Assembly: GCA_023920165.1 (NCBI GenBank)
Contig: CP089279.1
Location: 434,001-498,000 of the forward strand
Direction: 5' to 3'
Length of the DNA: 64,000 bases
Origin: Curvularia clavata
Taxonomy: Eukaryota
This document shows, in pieces, positions 1-13,700 of the stretch; the first letter of the stretch is position 1, and each line of letters starts with the position of its first letter. The translations under genes were made by a program, and so were the position numbers. The notes beneath the pieces were generated by a model, which was not told where the DNA came from, did not search any database, and was given only the letters and a program-made list of their open reading frames with translations.

Positions 1-3000
1 ATCTTGATGCATCTGCTTACCCTTGATCCCTCCTTGCAGATGGGTGGCCAATGCAAAGGTTTCTCGTAATCTGAACGATGACAGTTTGTATAGTCAATCC
101 TTCGGTGAGCACCAGTCGGTCAAGCATGTCCATTGTTTCTGAGAACACGACCTCTTGGTAAATAGCATGTCCGGATACCGAAGGCCGTAGAATCTTCTTC
201 AGAGCCTGTAGGATTTCTAAGATCTGTTCCTTGGACGCTTGCAGATCACCTGGACGCCCTGCGAGAGCCTCAAATGCGAGACCGAAGAGGACAAAGAAGA
301 AAGCAACGGGCTCATCCCGATAGTTGATGTGATCAGCTCTCGGGTTATGGCCCGACTCAGACAGCTCAGTCTTGCCATCAAGCGCATCGAACACGAACTC
401 GCTATCCTCGTCGATGAGACTAGCAATGGCATCAACAAGATTGAGCCAGCTGTCCTGATAAAACTACAAAACGTCAGCACATGTATTCACGTGTCCGTAT
501 AGAGTCCTACCTTCAACAATGTCTCGCGATTGAGTGCCGCATAGATGGTGTCTAGGCTACCGGAAAGCGACGCAGAGCCCATGGAAGAAGTGATATCAGG
601 CTCGAATCTAAGACGAGCGTATTCTCGCAGAGACGCCAACCAAAGAGGTGTTAGCTTGGCAATATGCGGTTTTAGCACATCCGCTAGATATGTCTGCTCG
701 GCACTGGCGATTTGTAGTTCGGCCCAGGCAGAGAAAACTGCCATCTTGACCATGACTTGGGCATTCGAGCTCAGCCCCTTCAAGTCACCTATTGCTGCAG
801 TCTCGGATTCGCCTAAGGAGTTAGCAAATTATGAGGGCCATGCACCGATAGGACTTACTGGAAAAGTTTTCAAGTGCTGAGACGAGCAACTTCAAGATAC
901 GGCCCATTCGATCTACATCTGTTACGATACCAGTAGCAATGAACGTAGCACACACATTCACAGCTTCAGCTGCAAGCTCAGGTGACGAATCGGCTGCAAA
1001 TGCCGGTGTGAGTGCTGAACCAATTTGTGCCTGGTACTGTTCGAGCAGGGTGACTTCAGCAAAGTCCGGATCAGGCGTTTTACCGAAGAGCTATATAATG
1101 AATTAGTTTACACTCTGCTTGGGACAAATAGATGCATACCTTGAGGACTTGATCGATAATCTTAAGACCGCGTATCCGCAGTTGAACAACACCCGCGGTA
1201 GATGCAGAGAAGGCGATGCGCACCACATCAGCAACCCTTTGTTGCAATGCCAAAACACAAGGGGCTTCCTCTCGAAAAGCAGCTTCCTTGCTTACCATTG
1301 CAACGAGTTCGCTCAAGCAATCCATTCCAAAAGTCCGGACTTGCCACTTGAGCAACTCCTGGCTTACTTGTGCGCCATCTCCGGCTTCAGCTCCTGGTGC
1401 ATTTGACGCAGATGCAAAGCCTGCAACTTCCTCGTCCTGTAGGTCTGTTGCGCCCGCTTTTGGTTTTTCTTCGACCTTGTCCTGGGCCTCAACCTTCTTA
1501 GTCTTCGTCAAGACCGAGTGACATCGTTGTACCCATGTTGCTGTGTCCGACAATCCCGTTTGGTGCAGCCAGTTGCGGATTATATTTTGCACGACTTCGT
1601 GATCTGGATCTCGGTCGAGGACATGCCACAGCTGGTCTTCTAACCCTGAATCGGCTGCGCGAATAACCTCTTCGGTGTTGCGCCTCATGATGTTGTGCAA
1701 GCCGTCAATAGCCATATCGCGTATCTGGGTCGAGTTGCTTTCCACAGAACGTTGTAAACTCTTGACATAGGCTGAGAACTCCATGTGACCTGGTGCATAA
1801 AGAGAGATGTGTTCCTGACAACGTAGACTCTCGATGACAACAAGTTCATCAGCATCGCCCTGGAACAACCCTACAAGAGTCATGATCAAGTCTCTTGCTT
1901 TTGCGACATCTTGCAAATCTGGACCTAGTACATTGATCATACTGTCAACGCATCGCGCAATGACAGCAGGAGTCGGTATGTCGATCTCAATGTTGGAGTA
2001 TGGAAGGGATGCCGATTCATCGTTGTGTGTATCCAAGGCATATAGCTGCGCCAGCATACCGAGCGTGCTTGTGACATAGCTTGAAAATGACAGCCCAGCG
2101 GAGTCCGCAACGCGCGCCAGACTATCAATGGCCCAAAAGTGCACAACAGGGTGAGGATCGTTGCCAAGTGACATGAGTATTCCCAGGATATTGTTCAGGT
2201 GGAAACCAGCAGCCATACCACCTAGCTGAGAATGTATACAACCAAGGGCCACCGCATAACCGGAACGAGCATTTGGCTCGCGATTGGCAACGATTTGGTC
2301 CACCAGGTAGTTGACTTCAGTAGTGGTGAGTGCATTTCCGGAGCTATTGCATAGTCGGCCTAGCGCTTCTCCCGCAAGGTTGCGAATGAAGGGATCAGGA
2401 AGAATTATGAATAACTATTAAATTAGTGAGAGACCAGAAAGGCTGTGAAAAAATACTCACATGTAACAAATCCTGCATGACCTTTTCAACCGCTGGCCCT
2501 TTCAAACTTCCAGGAGCCGAGCGAGTCTCCTTTACTGCTACTTTCAGTGCGGACAAAACCGCGTAAGCGATGTTGACCATCATAGCAGTTTTCCTGTTGA
2601 TGTCCCGCTGCAGACTGCTTGCAGATAGAAAAGACGTCATCTGCTCCAAGATGCTTTCTTGGATCCTGGCAGTCTGCAAAGGAAGGCAAATCGCGAACAG
2701 TTGAAGCGCTGCGTTAACAACCTCAGTAGCTGGTGGGTCTGGAAGCTCATGCGAGTCACCCGATGTCCCGATATACAGAGAAATCGAATCATGCTCACGG
2801 GCACCGCAGATTGGAGAGAGAAGAGTGCGGTCAATAATAGCCTCGGGGCCATGGCGAGTAAGCCAGTGGTGGTGAGTACCTGTTTCGTGCTCGCCTGGTA
2901 GGGGTGTAATGTCGAACCCACGCACCAGCCCAGTGACACCAAAACCGTGATTGTCAGCCACTTCCCAGATGCTTTCAAAAGTTCCCGCAGCACTGGCAAT

Positions 3001-5334
3001 TGCAGTACTGAATGAACTTGTAGTGTAGTTGTCGGGCTCTGCGAACGAAGCGATAGCAAAAGGTAGCAAGTTTGTCTGAAGCAACACATCCATACTGCTT
3101 GCTGGACTAAGTTCCACCAATTTGGTGTAACATTGGAGAACTCGCCTTCGAACCATCAAATCGAAGTCATAAAGTTGTAATGCAGGCGATAGCCGCTGCG
3201 ACATATCATCAGTCGTCTTCTTCGCCGGTAAAGTATTCAAGAATAAAGTTGTGTTCTGGAGCATTGCAGCCAGTCTTTTTGTTACGTCCAGCGTCAGGAT
3301 CCGGCTGTTGAATTCCAAGAATGTCAGAATTGAACCCAGAGCACATTCTCTTACATGTGTCAGAAAGCAAAGCTCCAAGTAGTTCCTTTGAATCATGTTG
3401 TCCCTGTTCAATGGCTTGGGCAGTGCATTTTTCCACAACAAGAGCAATTGTGAAAGGTGTATTTTGACAAAATTTGGACCCAAAGTCATTAATCCTCCAA
3501 TCAGGATCCAGGCAACTTGTATCTGGGTAGAGCCGATCCTTAGATCAGAGTTGCTAGCCGACTTCAACAAGGAAGTGGCCTGCGAGAGTACTCTTGAATT
3601 GACATCCACGGAGCCATGTAAGGGCTGAGATGTCGACGTGCTCAGCACAGCAGAAAGGCCGTTAGCCAGGCCAACGCATTTTCGTGGCGACTGTCGCGGC
3701 CCTGCGAGAAGACCAAGTTCTCTGTTGACGCTGTTCATGCATATGGTAACAGCAGGAAGAAGCTGTAGAGGGCAAGCCAGAACGAAAGCGCGGAGACAAG
3801 CAGAGGCTGTAACTTGAACTGTGTAACTTGGATGTTGCAAGACTTGAAGTAAGGCGTCCCTACAGGAGTCTGCAATTACATTGGTGGCCGATCCAAGGCT
3901 GTTGAACAGAGACGACAATGTGCTGAGAGCGCCAATTAGAGTTTGCTTCGTTGGCTCAGGGCGCTCCTTCAACACCTGCGGGTAGTCTTTGAGGATCTCG
4001 TTGACCAAGAATCTCACAGCATGCAGCTGCCCAGATTCACCTAGCAAGTCGCGGCCGATAACGTTTTCCAAGATGACCGCGACGAATTTCCTTGTACTAA
4101 GCGTTCGGTATCGATTCTGTACAATGACGTTGTTGCTGAGAATATCCACAAATAAGCTCTGCGCAATGGCTGAGTATTTGCTCTCGATGATTTGCTCGCC
4201 CAAACCCTTGATAGTCTTGATATAGCAGACTGCGATCCCAGCCCTGGCGCGATTGCCAGCCTGCAGACGACAATACTGCGTTGCAAAAAGCTTGAGGATA
4301 CTCTCAATGGTAAAAGAGAGCCGTGTGGCTGATTTCTTGGGCGCAGGCGATTCGGATCGCTCCATGACCACATCGTCGCCATCGTCGTCGCCTGGCTTCT
4401 TGCTCTTTCTCTTTGCTGTTTTTGATCGTGTGAGAATGGGGAGATCGACCGGCGCATTCTCTGAGTAGTTCTTGACCAGCGCGGCGCTGATGCACGACGC
4501 CACTGCATGTCTCACAGAGGACGAAGGGCTATCTATGGTTTTCCAGACCACATTCTGCAGTTTATCGAAGTCGGTCGAGTTATCGAAGAAGGGAGTGTAC
4601 CGAATCAGCTGCTCCAGACAGTAGCAGGCAGCTGTCTGCACGATATATGACTTGTCGCTACTAGCATTGCGAGCCTGTTTCCATGCATCTCTTGCAATCA
4701 ACTCATCCGCATGAGAGCTGACCCCTTTGAACACCTTTCCCACGGCTTTGAATAGTGTTGCGCGGAGACCGCTGTGGCTCTGTGCAAACTTTACGAGACC
4801 CAATAGAGTCTTTACTGCCAACGGCGACAACTGTATAGCGCTGTCTCCTGCCGCCTCGAATATGGAGCCCAAGCAATGCGCAGCTGCGTGCTTGGTCCTA
4901 ATGTCCTTTTCGCTCTTGCCGGCAGCATTGAGAATATTAACCGACTCATTGATGGACTCGAAGAGCAGCTTCCTATCTCCCTTTTCAAATATGCCTGCAA
5001 TCGCTCGTCCCAGGTTGTTTCGAATCACTCGCGTGGGTGCGGGGGATGCGAGGTTGACGATTTGGAATACCTCTTTCTTAATATAGATCTGATGGGCCGA
5101 GGCATCATCACCGTCCAGAGAAGCCACATGACGCGCGAGGTCGGAACTGAAGGTCAACAGGTACAGGTCCTGTTGTTCGGTGGGGAGGGCATGTAGCTTC
5201 TTGATGTCGAGTTCAGGGTTCGCGGGGCTCTCGTTGGTGGGTTGGTCGTCCGCTGCCATGGCTGCATAAGGTGGGCGTGCGCCTCCGGTTTCTCGTCGTG
5301 AGGTTGTCGGTCCTCGCTGCTCATGCCCTGACAA
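1..5334 (-). CDS. LAA1: HEAT-repeat protein, Laa1/HEATR5 family (AP-1 accessory factor); 3' end runs off the window
   Basis: ORFs 2395-5334, 1080-2303, 487-783 and 17-394 join through GT-AG introns at 2415-2460, 1091-1139, 813-858, 464-510 and one starting at 20. Motifs include LGPNFVKIHLSQLLLLWKNAL and PDPDFAEVTLLEQYQAQIGSALTPAF. Start may be at 5334 or at the MAADDQ ATG ~75 nt downstream. Confidence 0.88.
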
Positions 5335-5475
5335 GGTCCGTCATGACAGATGTCGGCTGTGGAGTTGGTGTTGGGCGGGATGCATGTGGGAGTTGCGGAC
5401 CCCCGTCTTGGCAGGAACGATGATCTCCAACTTTTTGGATGTCCGCTCCATGTTCCCCAGAATTGGTCACCATAC

Positions 5476-6453
5476 ATGTCTGCTCCATTGCGCCGTGCAG
5501 TACGAGCCACAGTTTTTGGCAACGGTGTAGTGCTTTGCAGCTGTCGCTATGCGTCGCAGCCCAGGGTGCGCATAGCGGAGCAGGTGCGGTATTTAAGCAC
5601 CAGTCCTGCCTTGTTCTCAGGTCACTCGTAAGTAAATTTCCAGTGTATGCGCACGAATTGGACTTCATACTGACTCCATTGTAGGAAATGGGCCACTATC
5701 AAGCACGACAAGGCGAAAAATGACGCTGGAAAATCAAAGCAGCGGTCACTCATGACGCGTGATATCACCAATGCCGTCAAACTTGCTGGACCAAACCCTG
5801 ACATGAACCCCCGCCTCGCCCTTGCCATAGCCACCGCGAAGAAATCGGCCGTTCCAAAGGCTTCTATTGAAGCTGCCATTGCACGTGGACAAGGTCTCTC
5901 TACCACAGGCGCTGCGCTTGAATCCCTTGTTCTCGAGGCCATAGTCCCGCCATCCGTTGCCACCATTATAGAATGCCAGACCGACAACAAGCTGCGCACG
6001 TTGGCTGACCTCCGCCTACTGGTCAAAGAAGCCGGCGGCACCGTCTCTACAGTCGCTTTCATGTTCGAGAAGAAAGGCCGAATAATACTCCGGAAAAAAG
6101 ACGGCGTAACGGTAGATGAGGTGCTTGAGCCAGCACTAGAGGCTGGTGTATTGGATGTAGACGAGGATTCTCAAGGCAGAGTAGTATTGTATACCGAGCC
6201 GGCTATGACAAACAAGACTGCCGACAAACTGTCCAAGGAAATGGGCTTTGAAATCGAAGAGAGTGAAATTATCTACGATCCTAACGAAGACACAAAGGTG
6301 GCATTGGATGACGAGGGTGCAGCGAAAGAGTTGAATAATTTCTTGGACGAGCTGCAGGAAGTGCAGGGTATACAGGGCATTTACATGAACTGGACCAAGG
6401 GAGGTATAGCAGATGACTTGTGGGAGGAGCTGAGAGGAAAGGCGAGCGTTTGA
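5476..6453 (+). CDS. TACO1: YebC/TACO1-family mitochondrial translational activator
   Basis: ATG 5476, intron 5628-5684. Spliced protein has an Arg-rich presequence, then SGHSKWATIKHDK...GPNPDMNPRL...TDNKLRT, the YebC signature. Confidence 0.9.
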
Positions 6454-6686
6454 TATGCTCTTGGATCCACCTGGGATCCTGTATCATACAGTATTGTACA
6501 TTAATGTACATATCTCCTCTCTGAGCGCATGATGATCGCCAAAACACCAATTATGCCATGTCCCAAGTCTCAGGCTCCTCAGTCGCCGGTATCCGCCACG
6601 CAGTCGTGACTCTTTTTCTCGTCTCGTGGCTCACATGCTATGAAGCACCTCTTTTGCGCAACGTCTTCCCTTGGGTATATTTTCAC

Positions 6687-7073
6687 TCACCCCTCCCTAG
6701 TCTGCTCGCCCATCTCCCTCAGCCTCTCCCTCTCCTCTCTCCTCCGCTTGTTCTCCAAGTTCCTTGCCTTCAGCCTTTCTAGCTCCTTGGCTATCTCATC
6801 GCGATCATATGGTATCTTGTGCGTTTGGCCAGGCTTGGGCCAGAAATCGGGAACTGAGAATCGACCGTCGAGATTGGTTCCAAAGTAGTACATGACACTA
6901 ATCGGAAAGAGGATGTACATTCCAAACTAGAAACATTGAATTAGCACCGCATACCTGTGGCTGTTGGAGAAAGTATCGAGGGCATAGGTGAGACCCGTAT
7001 TGTAAACCAGTGCTAGGGACAGTTTTTCTGAGAAGAAACGTACCTTGAAGACTTCGAGATTTGGGCCTCCCAT
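6687..7073 (-). CDS. PET100: Pet100 cytochrome c oxidase assembly factor (89 aa)
   Basis: Exons 7044-7073 and 6687-6926 (intron 6927-7043) give MGGPNLEVFKFGMYILFPISVMYYFGTNLDGRFSVPDFWP followed by a charged coil. Confidence 0.85.
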
Positions 7074-7611
7074 GGTTACGGTATGCGACGAAGAATGTGG
7101 CTTTGCGGGGCGTTTGGCAGAACGACTCGGCGTGGAGTGATGATGGAATCCAAAGAATCTCAAATCTCCGCTCGGCGATGCCTCGGCGATAACTCTCTTC
7201 GACCAAATCACCGGATCTAATCTTCAGCCCTACTGTCCCCACCATCTAGAACTTGGGGTAAGCTTGCCGCAAAACATCACATGCGTTGCGATCGGTAGGA
7301 GCAAGCTTTCTCTATCACCATTCTTGAATATCACTGTACCCGGGCTCCTCTCAGCACGTCAAGCAACATGTCGATATTTATTCATCAATCTCACCCTGAC
7401 TTTCCTTCCAAGACGATGCTCCATTTCTCATTCGGATGATCCTATCCCTCTCCGCATTCTCTAAGCCTCGGCTCAATCCATTCGTCTCATCGCCCATCTC
7501 CACGCGAACCTACACCCGAGAAAGACGACGACCCCCTCTCTTTCTCACTCACCTTCTCGTCCATCTCCTCAGACACCTATATTTCTCCTAGGAAACCTGC
7601 CTGATCTCATA

Positions 7612-8524
7612 ATGGCCTCCGAATCCCCCGTCCTAGTCGAATACCGCGGCAAAACCGCCATCATCACGCTCAATGCCCCCAAGAAGCTCAACGCCCTCGG
7701 CGCAGACGACTACTACCAACTGGCCCGCGCCATGAACGAAGTCGCCGCGCGCGACGACGTCTGCATTACCATCTTGACCGGAAAAGGCCGCTTCTTCAGC
7801 GCAGGCGCAGACGTAAGCTTTGGTTCACAGAAAGATACTTCATCCATGGATGAGCAGCAAATGTATCTGCGAAGCTTTGTCGCCAACAACCTATTCGTAC
7901 GTTGTCTCTTTCTTGAATGACACAAAACCACCAAGAAAAAGTGTGTATATGCCATAAACTAACATAACTCCCGTCCAGATAACCCACGCCTTCTACTCGC
8001 ACCCCAAAATCCTCATCACCGCCCTCAACGGCCCTGCCGTCGGTCTCTCCGCCGCCCTAATCAGCTTCTCCGACTTCATCTACAGCGCACCACACTCCTT
8101 CCTGCTCACACCCTTCTCCTCCCTCGGCCTCGTAACCGAAGGCAACGCCTCGATCGGCTTCGTGCGTCGGCTAGGCCTCCCAAAAGCCAACGAAGCCCTC
8201 ATCATGAGCAAGCGCATCACAAACGACGAGTTACTGGCCACTGGCTTCGTGAACAAGACGTTTGACGCGGGAAACATCAAGGATGAAGCATATAGTGAGA
8301 GGTTTCTAGGCCAGGTGCTGGCAGAGGTGGAGGACAGGTTGGGTGATCATTTGAATAGGGAGAGTTTGGTGCAGATCAAGGCGTTGATTCAGAAGCCGAT
8401 GCGCGAGGCGTTGGATAGGCAGGGAGTGGAGGAGGTCATGGGGGGACTTAAGAGGTTCTTGAAGGGTGTGCCGCAGGAGGAGTTTAGGAAGTTGGCGTCG
8501 GGGGAGAAGAAGCATAAGCTTTAG
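7612..8524 (+). CDS. ECI1: Peroxisomal delta3,delta2-enoyl-CoA isomerase (crotonase family)
   Basis: Intron 7897-7978. Motifs PKKLNAL, GRFFSAGAD, ALNGPAVGLSAA, TPFSSLGLVTEG; PTS1-like C-terminus KHKL. Confidence 0.88.
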
Positions 8525-8890
8525 TGAGTGAGCTCGCTTTGATTGGATTTGCCACAATTCAGTGGTTGTATGAGAGCATAGATCTTCTTTATTAGAACCT
8601 CGAGCAATAGAATATACGAGGAGAGAAAAACTTATGTACAAAGACAACGTATTAACGCAGATGATACACGACTGTGACAACTACCGCTACTTTTCAAAAA
8701 TAGAGTTATAAGTGCAAGGGATGAGTAACTGTGACAACTACAGCTACTTTTGCAAGTGGTAGTTGTACTAGAATACTATTTTCCGGCTTCACAAGTTTTG
8801 GGACAGCTATGAACATGGTTGCAACCGGGAGATGGAGAGCCATCATGTGATTTCCTTTGGATATACTACACTTCACATTCATTCGTCCAT

Positions 8891-10177
8891 TCATCCAAGT
8901 GACACGCCCTGCGTAGCCAACAGCTCACCTCCCAGCGCCTCATGCGCCGTCGGACTTGCAAGATCAGTCATTGGCCTGCCCGGCTCCCCTGCCTCCTCCG
9001 ACCCAGATCCAACTGACGGCGGCGAGCTACTCTTCTTCTTCTTCCTATTCTTCTCCTCCTGCTTCTGATGCTGCACATAGCTCGTGTACCTCAGCGCCAC
9101 AAACAGCATAAACGCCGAGACGCCAACGGTAATTGCGGCTCTACGCGTTAGTACCCAGCGTAGCGCCTCGACTTCTGAGCGTGCGTCTGAGTTCAAAGCA
9201 ACGGTAATTTTGTAATTGAGCTCTTGAATCTACAGGGAGGGTTAGTTTCCTGCAAAGCAAAAACAAGGATACTCCCAAGGAGAAAACAGACATACCTTTG
9301 TCTCCATAGCCCGCTGCTCCTGCCTCACAGCCATCTTCCTATCGTCAAAAAGTCCCTTTAACTCATCTTTCAGCCCACCCGTCTCCTGGCTCAGCCTCTG
9401 ACCCAGAATATCGACTTCATGCTGCAATTGGCCCCTTTCTTGCCGCATCCGCTCCATCTCGCCTTTGCGCGCATTTCCGATTTCCGTCTTGAGCTCGCTG
9501 CAGGCTGCGCGGAATAGGTAGGTTTCGTTTTCTACGTTGCTCTTGCTTACGAGGCCCTCGCGCGCCAGAGCCATGTTGGTGAGGAGGGTTTGTCGCACGG
9601 CTTTCATGATTATGATGGATTGTTCCGAGGTGTAGCCAGATGCTGAGAGGCGGCGCACGAGGCCATAGGTATCGAAGTGGTGAACATAAGGTGGCGTTTT
9701 TAGGTGCGGTGGTTTGCGCGATTCCTCTTCGGCGGCGGTTGGAATGTGAAGGACGCTGTCGAGGGGTTTGTTTTCGTTGGGTTTGGGGGAACTAGGTGGC
9801 GGAAGCGTTATAACCGGCGATTCTTCAGATGCGTTGGCTTTGCTGTGGGGCGAAAACCCAGGTGAAGCTGCCGGCGCATCTTCTTCCAGGTCTTCCTTCC
9901 CATAGTTGAGTGTCTGAGAGGGCTTCCCAGTGGTTGCAGAACCTTTCTCTTGAGGCTCACTTGGCCGCGCCTTTTGCTCGCCTGAAACAGCATGCTCGTA
10001 TGCCTTCCCGTACCGCTGTGTGCTGGATTGTTCCGACAAGCGTGGTGTTGTGGTCAAATGCCGTTGTACCTGGCGCGTGCGATGCGCGCTCTCCTTCGCT
10101 TTAGAAACGTGTATTCGTGCTGTCTTTGTTGGCCTGAACAGCATAGGCCATAGAAATGGCAGGTTTGGTGAGCCCAT
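8891..10177 (-). CDS. Mitochondrial CCDC90/MCUR1 (DUF1640; Fmp32/Put6-7-like) coiled-coil protein
   Basis: Intron 9230-9295. HHFDTYGLVRRL, a coiled coil, and a C-terminal TM after EVEALRW. Confidence 0.82.
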
Positions 10178-10768
10178 GTTGTCGTATAGGTGAAGAGTCA
10201 GGAGAACTCAAACTTTGGGGATTATTTCGTCATTTGGAGATTTCGGGTGATCTAGGGACAGTTAGTCTAGCGGGGGATCTACCGTCCTTAAGCGGTTGTC
10301 AATTCCGAATCCAATTCCGAATCACTATTATTACCCGCGGGCCGCCCTCTCCAAAACGGTGATGCAATTCACTATACTTTGTTGCTTTGGATAACAAAGC
10401 CATCCTAGTGTCAAGAGTGTGGTACGAGCAGTCTTGCTTTAAAGTATTCAACCACGCAGAACGTAGTCATAACTTGCGATTGAGCCGAGAGTTGTACGGA
10501 GATGTTCTACACTACCTGTACGTGCAACAGAGACATAGGAAAAATTCATACACTTCGTTCTTGCATTCCTCCTTTTTTGTGTAGATTGACATAATAGTCA
10601 CAATAATCTCAGTACTTCGCAAACGCCACACAATGCAACCACTCGAAACCCCCTCCATCCGCTTGCAATGAAAAATCAATCAAACTTTTGTGTGGTAATC
10701 AAAACCCTGGGTATATATCTTTAGTGCCTATTGGAACATCAAGAAACAAAAACTTTTGGTGCGCAACA

Positions 10769-13700
10769 TCAGGCGTCGTGCGAGGAGCTGCTGATGGAGC
10801 TGCGACTAGTGCCATCCGTGACATGGGTCGCGATACTCAGCCGCTGGAAAGGCGAAACTATATTCTGTTCTCGGGACGGTGGGCTTGAAAGACCTTGACC
10901 TCCCGTTGGTGACGTTGGCGGCGCGTAGCTTGGTTGAACATTGTTGGCTCCGTATCTTTCTCGTAGACGCTTGATCTCGCGCAGTCTGTTGCGCCAGGAC
11001 GAGCTTGATTCGCCTCCTTCTCGAATGAACCATACACTGGAGAAGACCACTGCGTTGATCGCAATCAAGCGACAGTAGTCTGCAAGATACTTTCCACAAA
11101 GAATTTTAGTCTCAACAGCTGGAGATATATCAGGGAAGCCAGGCTTTGAGATGGCCTGAACTTTGTAGTAGCGGTTTCTGCCTTCTGGATCTGCATCCAG
11201 CCTGCGATCTACGAAGCTGGCCCTCGACTCGGGAGAAATCACAATGTGGACGTAATTGAATTGTGAGGGGAATGTGTCGAAGTTGTAGGGGAGACCGGAG
11301 TCGTTGAAGATGATGTTGACAAAATCGTTTCCAATGTGGCGCTTCTTGTTGGGATAGGTCATCTCATCATCGCGGTTTGTGGGCATCATTGTTGGTATGT
11401 GGAAGACAAGCTCCATACAGCGATCACGCCAGCAGTATGTGAACTCGCCGTCCATGTCTTCGCGTGTGTCCAGACCTCCGGTATTGAACTTGGCACCCTT
11501 CAAGCGACAGAGAGTGCCTAGGTCGCTGAGGAAGGACGTGTATGCTGGGGACCCGATATCGTTCATAAAGATTTCTCGTTCGTTCGTTTGGCCCTCGCCG
11601 ATGTATATGACACCTACTTTGTAATTGTCGACGGTTGCAATCCTGTCAAATGAAGTAATAGCGCGGCGCGTCGGTTCATCGTCGGGAAGTGGAATTGGTG
11701 GATTCGTAAGGTCAAGAGGCGCGTAGAACGTTTGGAAGATGTCGTCCGGCAGGATACCAACATAAGAATCGGAATAAAATGCTTCGGAAGCAAGACCTAT
11801 CGTGATGGGCACTTGGTGCCGCGGAGGCGACGTAAGCAGCGGCCGGACTTTGATGCATCTGGTACCGCACTGATAACAATTAGCAAACTCAACAGTGAAT
11901 GCATGATAGACAAGGATTACTTACTGGTCGGCGTGTCGTTATGAGAGATGCGCCGGACCTCGCAGCAGTCTCTATTGTCACTAAACCGTTTCCTACGATC
12001 CAAGTCTTCTTCCAAATCTCACCATCCCCAGGTGTCACATTGAATTCTTCACGTGTCGTCTCATCGCGGTCCGTGTATGCCACCATATTCATGATGTCGA
12101 CAATCACCTGACCTTGTTCCTCCATGACCTGTCGGCCAGAACTGTCGGTGAAGTACAAGTTTTTGATGATCCACGGAATTTGCTTTGGACGATCTTCCAT
12201 CTTCAAAGCCATGAACCAGAAGGTAATAACATGGTAGGCGAGGGAGTTCAGGTATTGAGGAAGGTCGTCTTCAACACTTCTTGGCCTCAATGCACCAGGT
12301 TCTGACGATGCCGCAAAGTCCCTTGATGTGCCACTGTGCCTAAGGGTCCGATGGCCGTTCTGGGAGGTACCGTTCGTTCGGCCTCGCTGATCGCGAATAT
12401 GCTGTAAGTACCGAAAACATACTCCAAAGACTAGCTTGAATTCATCTTCGCGAAAGTTCTTGAAGAGTTCTGGAAGACGTGCCATAGACACCAAGAATTC
12501 CAGGATGTGTATCGCAGTAGCTGGTTTTGTGATAATCTGCGACATTTTCTGAACGATGCTGTCGAGGGACTTGCTGACTGACAGAGGAATCTCAAAACAA
12601 CACACGGAAAGTGCGTGGATGCACCATTTTGATGTCCTGTCCCACTGCACGATGCCCTGCAGGAATGCTTTGACCAGGTCGTCTTCCTCGCTCTTCTCGA
12701 AATACTCGTGGTAACTGATGATGACAGTCAACGTATGGAATAGACAAACTGCCACATCGGCCTTTTTAAGGAGAGTATGAGGTGGAGGCTCGTGGAAGCT
12801 CGCATTTCGTACTTGTTCGCAAAGCACATTTCGTAGCATCCGAAGCTGCACAACGCAACTACGCACCAATGCCTGATTGGAAAGTTGAGGACCAAGATGG
12901 ACAAGAACATAGGAATAAATCTCCCAATCAGGCGGTCTCTGGAGCAAAGAGATGATCAGTTCCAGCCAAAGAGTGATTTCCATGTCTAAAACATCGTCGC
13001 TGAGAGGATACTCGGAAGCATCAATATGTGAAAAGACAACTCGACTAGATTCGGTTGACGGCTCTTCGGGTAGACCCTTAGGACCCGGATACATCCATAA
13101 AGGCGGTATCGGCCTTGATACGCGACCTGCAGCAGCAACCTGGCGACCCGAGTGGCGATTGAGGGAAGAACGGGGGCTGGTTCCAGAGGTTTTCCGATTG
13201 TCTCTCCAAGAGCTATGGTCTTCAGACCGAACCTGATCTCCTGATGTGTTTTCGTCGCTCCTTTCGGCAACAGCTGTTTCTTCTGTGCGGCACAACTCTG
13301 CAGCGATCCTCTCGCCTTCGGAAGACGAATTGACTATGAGAGCAAAGCGAGCATCGGCGCGCAAACGGAACAATAGCTTGAGAGCCGTCAGGCGTGCATC
13401 ATGTGCGTACTTGTCACTACCAGCAATCTCCCTTAGTAGTTCGTACAGAGTACGAGTTTTCCGGGCAGCATGAATAACGCTCCGAGTAAACAGCCGCACA
13501 TAGGCAGCGGTAATGACTTTGCACGGGGAGCATCCGTCCTCTTTTGCAAGAAATGAATGGGGTTGCCAAGATGTGGATGGAGCAGGTAGCGCGGGCTGCG
13601 GACGGTCCAGGCGTCTCTTCAAGATACCAACAACGTACGAAAAACGATCGAAGGATGCTTGATCAGCAACGTACATGGCAAAATCTACGAGTTCCTGCAA

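Noticed and set aside
6927..7043. Internal CAG|GTATGC in the PET100 intron suggesting recursive or nested splicing
   Set aside because: The downstream piece would be only ~28 nt, too short for a fungal intron.
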